Assembly (NCBI GenBank): GCA_964352055.1
Contig: CAYGQZ010000004.1
Coordinates: 1-47,629 of the forward strand
Length of the DNA stretch: 47,629 nucleotides
Source of the DNA: an uncultured Rhodobacterales bacterium
Lineage (GTDB): Bacteria; Pseudomonadota; Alphaproteobacteria; Rhodobacterales; Rhodobacteraceae
Reading direction: 5' to 3'
Of this stretch, positions 19,388 through 27,329 are shown piece after piece. The translations under genes and the position numbers were made by a program. The notes under the pieces are model-generated. The model was given only the letters and a program-made list of their open reading frames with translations. It was not told the origin of the DNA and searched no databases. The stretch's first letter is position 1, and each line of letters begins with the position of its first letter.

Positions 19388-20380
19388 TCAACCGGTTTGT
19401 CGCACGCATGCTGCAGTGATCGATGCTCGGTTTACGATCAGGTCTGGGTCGATCGTGCCGGCAAAGAAATCGAGCACGTTTCGAACCGACATCACGGCCA
19501 TCCGTTCGGCGGCTTCGAATGTGAGGCCCGCGATATGCGGGCTGAGGATGGCCTGATCAAAGTCGAGCAGGGGGGAGCCTGTGGTGGGCGGCTCTGTTTC
19601 GAACACATCGAAACCGATCGCGCCGACTTTGCCGGAGCGCAGACCGTCAGCCAGCGCCGCTTCATCCACGACACCTCCGCGTGCGGTGTTCACGATGATG
19701 GCCCCCGGTTTCAGCGCGTCGATTTCCGCCGCGCCAATCAGGGGCTGGTCGGCGCGCGGCACATGAACGGAAACGAAATCGGCCCATTTCAGACCATCCA
19801 TCAGATCGGTCACGCATCCCACGTTGCCATCGGGCCAGGCCGTCCGGGCGAGATAGGGGTCATAGGCGCGCACCTGCATCTCGAAACCGGCAGCCATCCG
19901 CGCAAGGTTGCGACCGATGCGCCCATACCCGAGTATCAGCAGACGTTTGCCCGAGATCTCTTGTTGTTCCAGGGTGTTGCGCCACCCCCATTTGCTGGCG
20001 TCATGAACCGCACCGTTGGCGCGCACCACGCGTTTGGCCGCAGCAAGCATCTGCATCATCGCATGTTCGGCCACCGAGACGGAATTGACGTCGCCCACGA
20101 TTGTAAGCGCAATGTCCCGCGCATTGAGCGCGGGCAGATCGACCGCATCGTAACCGACGCCATGGCGCGAGACGACTTTGAGCTGGGTGCCGCGCGCCAC
20201 GGTTTGTGCCGACATCGGCTGGGTGCGGATCACCAGCGCGTCGGCCTTGTCGATCAGCGGCGCATAGGACGGTTCGGAGATTTCTTCGATGTAGTCATGG
20301 GTGAAGCCGAGTGTCCTAGCATGTTCCAGAACGTTCAGGCCAGCCGGGTGCAGTTTTCCTGCGACGAGAATATGGGGCAT
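19388..20380 (-). CDS. D-2-hydroxyacid dehydrogenase (PGDH-like, no ACT domain)
   Basis: RHGVGYD, GYGRIG, NTARG, DVFETEP, SPHIAG. Confidence 0.92.
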   Translation of the reverse strand: MPHILVAGKLHPAGLNVLEHARTLGFTHDYIEEISEPSYAPLIDKADALVIRTQPMSAQTVARGTQLKVVSRHGVGYDAVDLPALNARDIALTIVGDVNSVSVAEHAMMQMLAAAKRVVRANGAVHDASKWGWRNTLEQQEISGKRLLILGYGRIGRNLARMAAGFEMQVRAYDPYLARTAWPDGNVGCVTDLMDGLKWADFVSVHVPRADQPLIGAAEIDALKPGAIIVNTARGGVVDEAALADGLRSGKVGAIGFDVFETEPPTTGSPLLDFDQAILSPHIAGLTFEAAERMAVMSVRNVLDFFAGTIDPDLIVNRASITAACVRQTG

Positions 20381-21186
20381 CAGTAGCCCTCCTTTCTGGT
20401 GACAGCTGCGTCGTCTTTGGTCAGGGAGCGAAACGTGGCAACGGATGCCGCCGCCGCCGCCGCCAGCAGGCGCGAATCGCCCGATACGGTTGTCATGTCA
20501 AAACCCCAGCCGATCGCGCGCGCGGCGTATTGAGGCGTGCCGCAATGCAGAGCAGCGCGGATATTGTTGGCTTTGCAGGTGGCGACAATCTGCTGAATCA
20601 GTGCGATCATTTCGGGTTCTTCACGGTCAAAAGCAGGGGGCAACCGACCGCTCTGAGTGCCCAGCGTCAGATCGGCAGGACCCACGTAAATCCCGTCGAG
20701 TCCCGGTGTGGCTGCAATGGCGTCAAGGTTCGCCATGCCTTCGGCGGTTTCGATCATCGCGAAGGCGAGGACCTGATCGTTTGCTTCAACCCCGTATCCG
20801 CCGTGGGCGATATTGGCGCGCGTCGGGCCAAAGCTGCGCTGACCGTGCGGCGGGTAGCGCATATAGCTGACAAGGGTCGCTGCCTCTGCCGCCGTATTGA
20901 TCATCGGGCAGATGATTCCCATAGCACCGGCATCAAGCGCTTTCATGATGATACCGGGTTCAAGCCACGGTACCCGCGCCATCGGGACCACGCCCGAAGC
21001 CTGCATCGCCTGGAACATGGGCAGGACGGAACTGTAATCCAGCGCGCCGTGCTGGATGTCGATCGTGATGCTGTCATAGCCCTGGGCCGCCATGATTTCA
21101 GCGGTGAAGGGGTTGCCGATGGACAGCCAGCCATTGATCGACGGGCGGCCATCAAACCAGATGTCCTTGAGTGAATTGGCAATCAT
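20380..21186 (-). CDS. HpcH/HpaI class II pyruvate-type aldolase
   Basis: DIQHG, ARVP, LDAGAMGIICPM, RYPPHGQRS, MIET, GPADL; start ATG 21186. Confidence 0.92.
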   Translation of the reverse strand: MIANSLKDIWFDGRPSINGWLSIGNPFTAEIMAAQGYDSITIDIQHGALDYSSVLPMFQAMQASGVVPMARVPWLEPGIIMKALDAGAMGIICPMINTAAEAATLVSYMRYPPHGQRSFGPTRANIAHGGYGVEANDQVLAFAMIETAEGMANLDAIAATPGLDGIYVGPADLTLGTQSGRLPPAFDREEPEMIALIQQIVATCKANNIRAALHCGTPQYAARAIGWGFDMTTVSGDSRLLAAAAAASVATFRSLTKDDAAVTRKEGY

Positions 21187-21196
21187 GGCGAGCCCC

Positions 21197-22633
21197 TTAG
21201 AAGACAATTTGTGCGAGTTTGGTGTCGAGGTAATCAGCCAGACCTTCGGGCCCGCCTTCGCGCCCCATGCCTGAAAAACTGGTTCCGCCGAACGGTGCCT
21301 CGGACGCGGCCAGTGCAAAGCTGTTGATCCCGACCATGCCCGCCTTGAGCGCCGCGACGATGCGCCGCGCGCGATCCGGTGCACGGGTGAAGGCATAGGC
21401 CGACAGCCCCATGTCAGAGGCATTGGCGCGGGCCAGAACCTCGTCTTCTTCGCGGAAAGTTGTGATCGCTGCGACGGGACCAAAGTTTTCATCGGCAAAG
21501 ACACGCATGTCGTCTGTGACGTTGGTCAGCACAGTCGGCTGATAGAAGTGCCCGGAGTTAAACTCAGTTGCGCGGGCACCACCCAGTTCCAGCGTGGCGC
21601 CCGCCCGGACGGCCTCTTGCACGACGCCGTCGATCTCGGTCAGACGTCGCGCGTTGATCAGCGGGCCCATGGAGGTGCCCGGGTCCATGCCATCGCCAAG
21701 CTTTATTTTTCTGGCCCGCGCGACGAATCCGTCGACAAAGGCGTCGTGCAGGCTTTCGTGGACGAAAAAGCGGTCGGCGGTCACACAGACTTGCCCCGCG
21801 TTCGCGTATTTCGTGGCGACCGACATATCCAGGGCCGTTTCAAGATCGGAGTCGTCGCAGATTATCAGAGGCGCGTTGCCGCCCAGTTCCATCGACACCT
21901 TTTTGACCGTCGCGGCGGCGTCGCGGATCATTTGCTGGCCGATGCGCGTGGACCCGGTCAGAGACACTTTGCGCACGCGGGGGTCTGCCATGATGACGTC
22001 ATAGGTCGTGGCGGTGGTGCCGGTCACAAGCGACACCGCGCCTTCGGGAAGGCCGCCGGCGCGGATGCAGTCGATCAGGATCATCGCGACGCCCGGAGTT
22101 TGTGACGAGGGGCGCAAAACGACGGAACAGCCTGCGGCAAGCGCGGGTGCGATCTTGCGCGCGGGCAGGGCGGCGGGAAAATTCCAAGCGGTGAAAGCCC
22201 CGACAATGCCCACAGGTTCGTGAGATACTTCGAAGCGGCCACCGGGCACGCGGGATCCGATGACGCGACCATAGATGCGCCGCGCCTCTTCGGCGTACCA
22301 GCGGAACTGATCTGTGGCCAACACCCATTCGCGTTCGGCCTGTGCCATGGGTTTGCCGGTTTCGAAGGTATTCATCCTTGCGGCTTCGGAGGCGCGCAGC
22401 ACCATTTGATCAGCGATCTTGTGCAACGCGTCCGCGCGTTGAAAACCGTCCATTTTGCGCAGCGCGCGCAGTCCGTGTTCGGCCGAATCAATCGCCGCGG
22501 TGGTGTCTTTGACCGAGGCCGAGGCAACGGCACCGAGTTGTTTTTCGGTCACCGGTGACATCACGGGCGTGGTGGCGCCATGTTCTGCCTTTTCCCAGCG
22601 TCCATTGATAAATAGTCCAAAATTTTCATACAT
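21197..22633 (-). CDS. NAD(P)-dependent aldehyde dehydrogenase (succinate-semialdehyde dehydrogenase-like)
   Basis: AWNFP, SLTGST, MELGGNAP, NAGQVC, PFGG..SGMGREG; start ATG 22633 (GGAGG RBS). Confidence 0.93.
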   Translation of the reverse strand: MYENFGLFINGRWEKAEHGATTPVMSPVTEKQLGAVASASVKDTTAAIDSAEHGLRALRKMDGFQRADALHKIADQMVLRASEAARMNTFETGKPMAQAEREWVLATDQFRWYAEEARRIYGRVIGSRVPGGRFEVSHEPVGIVGAFTAWNFPAALPARKIAPALAAGCSVVLRPSSQTPGVAMILIDCIRAGGLPEGAVSLVTGTTATTYDVIMADPRVRKVSLTGSTRIGQQMIRDAAATVKKVSMELGGNAPLIICDDSDLETALDMSVATKYANAGQVCVTADRFFVHESLHDAFVDGFVARARKIKLGDGMDPGTSMGPLINARRLTEIDGVVQEAVRAGATLELGGARATEFNSGHFYQPTVLTNVTDDMRVFADENFGPVAAITTFREEDEVLARANASDMGLSAYAFTRAPDRARRIVAALKAGMVGINSFALAASEAPFGGTSFSGMGREGGPEGLADYLDTKLAQIVF

Positions 22634-22698
22634 TTCGCGTTCCTCCCCACCGGTGTGTGCGTGCGCCAAAGCGTGCGGCACCGGCGAATTTGCTATTT

Positions 22699-22714
22699 CG
22701 CAATACAGATTGCA
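22699..22714. promoter_or_regulatory. Operator box in the ALDH/iolD divergent promoter
   Basis: CGCAAT-acag-ATTGCA, one mismatch to consensus. Confidence 0.65.
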
Positions 22715-22778
22715 GAACTGTTGCAATGTCAATAAACATTCCATAATGTTTTCGAAACGATACTCGGGAGGAGACGAC

Positions 22779-24638
22779 ATGACCCTAAAGACGGTTCGCC
22801 TGACGATGGCGCAGGCAGTGGTGCGCTATCTGTGCAGCCAGTTCACCGAAATCAATGGCGAACGAGTGCCGCTTTTTGCCGGGGTATTCGGCATCTTTGG
22901 GCATGGCAATGTGACCTGCCTGTCCGAGGCGCTTGAACAGGTACAGGACCAGCTGCCTACATGGCGTGGTCAGAACGAACAGTCGATGGCGCTGGCCGCG
23001 ATCGGATATGGCAAGGCCAAGCTGCGCCGCCAGATCATGATCGCCACCTCATCGGTCGGGCCGGGCGCGACCAATATGATTACCGCCGCAGGTGTGGCTC
23101 ATGCCAACCGTCTGCCTGTGCTTTTGCTGGCGGGCGACACGTATACCAACAGGTTGCCCGACCCGGTCCTGCAGCAGGTCGAGCATTTCGGCGACCCCAC
23201 CGTGACGGTCAATGATGGCTTCAAGGCCGTCAGCCGCTATTGGGACCGGATCACCCATCCCGCGCAGATCCTCGCGTCTTTGCCGCAGGCGATTGCCACG
23301 ATGCTGGACCCGGCGGACTGTGGGCCGGCTTTTATCGGCTTGCCGCAGGACACGCAGGAACTGGCCTATGACTATCCGATCGCCTTCTTTGAAGAGCGAG
23401 ACTGGACCATCCCGCGCCCGCGCCCTTCGCGCGATCAGATTGCCAACGCGGCGGCGCTTTTGAAAACGGCAAAGAACCCGCTGATCATCTCGGGCGGCGG
23501 TGTACGCTATTCAGGCGCGAGCGAGGCGCTGGCGAGTTTCGCACTTGAGCGTGGCATTCCTATGGCCGAGACCATCGCAGGCAAGGGGGCGGTGGTTCAC
23601 GATCACCCGGCCTATGTCGGACCCTTGGGGATTGAAGGCACGGATGCAGCCAAATCAATTGCCGAAACTGCGGATGTAGTGATTGCGGTTGGCACGCGGT
23701 TGCAGGACTTCACCACCGGGTCGTGGACAACCTTTGCGCCCGACGCACAGTTCATCAACATCAATGCCTCGCGCTATGACGCGCGCAAGCACCGCGCGTT
23801 GCCGGTGGTGGGCGATGCACTTGAGTCGCTGACCGAACTGGACGCTGCCTTGGGTGACTGGGCCTGCGACCCCGCGCGGCTGACCAAGGCGCAAGAGCTT
23901 TATGCCGCTTGGAACAGGATGCTTGACGAGGGCCAGGCGGCCACCAATGCAGCCGTGCCGAGCTATGCTCAGGTCATTGCCGTTGTGAACAAAATGGCCA
24001 AACCCGCTGATACGCTGATCACGGCGGCGGGCGGCTTGCCGGGAGAGACCGTCAAGAACTGGCGGGTCAAAAGCCCGCATACGTTTGATTGCGAGTTTGG
24101 CTTTTCCTGCATGGGCTACGAGATCGCCGGTGCCTGGGGCCATGCCATGGCAAAGGATGGTGACGGCACGCCCATCGTTTTGGTAGGCGACGGATCCTAC
24201 ATGATGATGAATTCGGATATCTATTCCTCGGTCCTGTCTGGGCACAAGATGATCGTCGTCGTATGCGACAATGGTGGATTCGGCGTCATCAACCGGCTGC
24301 AGACCGGGATGGGGGTGCCGGGGTTCAACAACCTGCTGCGGGATTCGCGGGTGCAGAACAAAGATAACCCGCTGCGCGTCGATTTCGCCAAACACGCCGA
24401 AGCGATGGGAGCACTTGCGCGGCATTGCGAAAGCCTCGCCGAACTTGAAGCAGCGCTGGACTGGGCGCAAGGCACCGACCGCACAACGGTGTTGACGATC
24501 GCATTGGATGCGCATGTCTGGACGCCGGGTGGCGCGGATTGGTATGTCGGTGTGCCGGAAATTTCGGTACGCGCCAGTGTGCAAGAGGCGCGCGCAGGTC
24601 AGGCGGCGTTCCGCAAGAAACAGCGGCAGGGAGTCTAA
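22779..24638 (+). CDS. iolD: 3D-(3,5/4)-trihydroxycyclohexane-1,2-dione acylhydrolase (TPP-dependent)
   Basis: RLTMAQA, IFGHGNV, GQNEQSMA, PDPVLQQ, EFGFSCMGYE, GDGSYMM; GGAGG RBS before ATG 22779. Confidence 0.96.
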   Translation: MTLKTVRLTMAQAVVRYLCSQFTEINGERVPLFAGVFGIFGHGNVTCLSEALEQVQDQLPTWRGQNEQSMALAAIGYGKAKLRRQIMIATSSVGPGATNMITAAGVAHANRLPVLLLAGDTYTNRLPDPVLQQVEHFGDPTVTVNDGFKAVSRYWDRITHPAQILASLPQAIATMLDPADCGPAFIGLPQDTQELAYDYPIAFFEERDWTIPRPRPSRDQIANAAALLKTAKNPLIISGGGVRYSGASEALASFALERGIPMAETIAGKGAVVHDHPAYVGPLGIEGTDAAKSIAETADVVIAVGTRLQDFTTGSWTTFAPDAQFININASRYDARKHRALPVVGDALESLTELDAALGDWACDPARLTKAQELYAAWNRMLDEGQAATNAAVPSYAQVIAVVNKMAKPADTLITAAGGLPGETVKNWRVKSPHTFDCEFGFSCMGYEIAGAWGHAMAKDGDGTPIVLVGDGSYMMMNSDIYSSVLSGHKMIVVVCDNGGFGVINRLQTGMGVPGFNNLLRDSRVQNKDNPLRVDFAKHAEAMGALARHCESLAELEAALDWAQGTDRTTVLTIALDAHVWTPGGADWYVGVPEISVRASVQEARAGQAAFRKKQRQGV

Positions 24639-24642
24639 CCAA

Positions 24643-25539
24643 ATGCCAAACGCAAAACTGGGTATCGCGCCGATCGCATGGTGGAACGACGACGACGCGT
24701 CGCTGTCGGATGACGTGACACTGGAAGAGGCGCTGCGTCAGGCCTCGGTCGCCGGGTTCACCGGCATGGAAACGGGCCGGCGCTTTCCCATGGACATGGC
24801 GGAGCTTGGGCCGATCCTTGCGAAGTTCGGCATTTCGGTGTGCGGCGGCTGGTTTTCGGGCCTCCTGCTGGATGGCGATCTGGAGGCCGAAAAGGACAGG
24901 ATTGCCGAACAGATGGCGTTCTTCATCGCGGCGGGTGCGCCGGGGATCGCCTATGGCGAAACCGCGCGATCTGTTCAGGGGGTCCGTAGCGCGCCGTTGG
25001 CAACAAAGCCGAAGCTGAGCGAAGCCGAGATCGCCCGCTACGGGCGCAAGATGTCGGATTTTGCCGATTGGTGCGCGGGGCAGGGGATGCCGATCGCCTA
25101 TCACCACCACATGGCCGCTGTGATCGAGACCGAGCAAGAACTTGATCTGTTCATGAAACATTCGTCTGCGCCGCTTCTTTATGATGCGGGCCACATGGCA
25201 TTTGCGGGCGGCGACGTGATGCGGGTGATCGACAACCACGCGGCACGCATCAGCCACGTGCATACCAAAGACGTGCGCATGGATGTGATCAACGCACTGG
25301 ACCGGAAGGCGGAAAGCTTTCTGGATGCGGTGATCAAAGGGGCATTTACAGTACCTGGCGATGGCTCATTGAACTTTGAGGCCATCGTCAAAGCGCTTGC
25401 CGCAAAAGGGTACGAGGGCTGGTTCGTGGTCGAAGCTGAACAGGACCCGGTGAAAAACCCACCATTGGAGATGGCCATGGTTGGCCACAAGGAACTGCTG
25501 CGCGTGATGGCGGCTGCAAAATATGAGGTGACGACATGA
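24643..25539 (+). CDS. iolE: myo-inosose-2 dehydratase
   Basis: LGIAPIAWWNDD, YHHHM, DAGH, HVHTKDVR, FTVPGDG, VVEAEQDP. Confidence 0.96.
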   Translation: MPNAKLGIAPIAWWNDDDASLSDDVTLEEALRQASVAGFTGMETGRRFPMDMAELGPILAKFGISVCGGWFSGLLLDGDLEAEKDRIAEQMAFFIAAGAPGIAYGETARSVQGVRSAPLATKPKLSEAEIARYGRKMSDFADWCAGQGMPIAYHHHMAAVIETEQELDLFMKHSSAPLLYDAGHMAFAGGDVMRVIDNHAARISHVHTKDVRMDVINALDRKAESFLDAVIKGAFTVPGDGSLNFEAIVKALAAKGYEGWFVVEAEQDPVKNPPLEMAMVGHKELLRVMAAAKYEVTT

Positions 25540-26351
25540 ACCGGATTGACGGAAAAATCGCCGTGGTAACGGGCGGGACGCAAGGCTTGGGCGCGGCGAT
25601 TGCGCGGACATTTGCTGCCGCAGGCGCAGGCGGGATTGCCATTGTGGGACGGGATGCGGAAAAAGGGCAAAAGGTCGCCGCCGCAATCGAGGCCGAAATG
25701 GGCGTGCCAACGATCATGATTGCCGCAGATCTTGAGAACATCGCAGACATCCGCCGGATCATGGCCGAAGCCGATGCGCGCTTTGGTCGTGTCGATATCC
25801 TTGTCAACGCAGCGGGCCTGACCGACCGGGGCAACCTGTTGAACACCACGCCGGAATTGTTCGACCGGATGTTCGCGGTCAACACCCGCGCGCCGTTTTT
25901 TCTAATGCAGGATGCGGTCAACATCATGGAACGCGAAGGTGTCGAAGGGCGTATCGTCAACATCGGCTCAACGTCCCAGCACGCAGGCCAGCCCTTTATC
26001 GCGCCCTATTGTGCATCCAAAGCAGCCCTTGCGACGCTGACTCGGAATTCCGGCTATGCGCTGATGCGCAATCGCATCCACGTCAACCAACTAGATATCG
26101 GTTGGATGGCCTCGGACCACGAGCGCGAGTTGCAACTTGAAGAGTCCGGTGACCCCGACTGGGAAGCCAAGGCAACCGCTGGTCTGCCGTTCGGGCGCTT
26201 GCTCGACCCGCAGGAGGTGGCGCGCGCGGTCTTGTGGATGGCATCGGACGACAGCGGCATGATGACCGGAACCGTGATCCAGTTCGACCAGTCCGTATGG
26301 GGTGGATACGACGGCCAGGCACCGGGACCGGCGGAAAAGTTGAAGGCATAA
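25536..26351 (+). CDS. Short-chain dehydrogenase/reductase, coupled to iolE
   Basis: TGGTQGLG, VNAAG, YCASK; ATGA overlap with iolE. Confidence 0.92.
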   Translation: MNRIDGKIAVVTGGTQGLGAAIARTFAAAGAGGIAIVGRDAEKGQKVAAAIEAEMGVPTIMIAADLENIADIRRIMAEADARFGRVDILVNAAGLTDRGNLLNTTPELFDRMFAVNTRAPFFLMQDAVNIMEREGVEGRIVNIGSTSQHAGQPFIAPYCASKAALATLTRNSGYALMRNRIHVNQLDIGWMASDHERELQLEESGDPDWEAKATAGLPFGRLLDPQEVARAVLWMASDDSGMMTGTVIQFDQSVWGGYDGQAPGPAEKLKA

Positions 26352-26577
26352 AGCGCCATTAAAGTGATGGTTCAGAGAATTGAATGAGGCGGACAGATGT
26401 TCACAGCTAAGACTAGGGAGGGGTTGAGCGAAACGGACGGCACACCAAAAAGTCAGCAATTGGTTTGCAGGTGAACAGCGCAAGTGGATCGGGCAACATC
26501 TCGGAAGTTTCTTGACCATTGATTGCCTTCTTTGTCAGGCGATAGAGAATGGGGCAAGATCACAGGCTACTCAATCA

Positions 26578-26880
26578 CCGCCGTTCACCTGTCAGTGCTC
26601 TCAGGGGGCTAGACCGCCGCAATCCGTGTGCAGTATGTGTGCACCATGGCCCCGAAACTGTTTCGCGGGTCATTGGAGACAAAGAATGCCCAGCAACGCA
26701 GCTACCGCAGCAGCGAAAATATCCTGTGCGCCTATGATGGAATGGACTGGTTCGCGTTTGATTGCAGCAAGTTAAGTCGCCTCGTGTGCACACTGTGTGT
26801 AACCTGAAATCGCCTTCTGGCGCAGTCTGTTGGGCGTTTGGCGGTCGCGCGGACCTGGTTGGATTGAAGCGCGTTGGAAC
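26578..26880 (+). repeat. Direct repeat copy 2 flanking the inositol module (identical core 26734-26824)
   Basis: Colinear with 10647-10952; offset 15928 nt over the ungapped part. Confidence 0.95.
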
Positions 26881-27329
26881 TGTTGGTAATTGGAGATTGC
26901 GTTAACCCGGAACGATATCTGTTCATTTGCACCGCAGCGCACTGGCCAAAATTTTTTGATTGGTGCGTGTTTTCTCATCCTGACACGCTCTTCTTTTTGT
27001 CCATTCGCCCAAATACCAAGGGTTTTGACGCAGATTGGTCTTTAGTCGCTTACCCCAACGGCGAGGCTTTCTTGCGCGAAGCGTTGCACAAACCAAGTTC
27101 GAAAAGGGTAGACCGATTAAGGTTAATGGAGCTGCTCAACCCCGCTGCATGTTCAACTCCGCCCTGATCCGAATGGGATGCAAAAGTCCGCTTTGTCGAG
27201 CGATTTGTGACAAACCCCTCCTGAAATCTGCAAGACGGCGTTGGGGCGCTGCCTAAACTGCATGGGAAGTCAGCGCATGGGCAACATGTCCATTCGATAC
27301 GATCAACCATGTTTCAGGGAGCCAGAGCC

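Noticed and set aside
16973-20386. Long antisense ORFs (16973-17938, 19295-20386 and similar ones elsewhere)
   Set aside because: Shadow frames of real genes in GC-rich DNA, with no family motifs.
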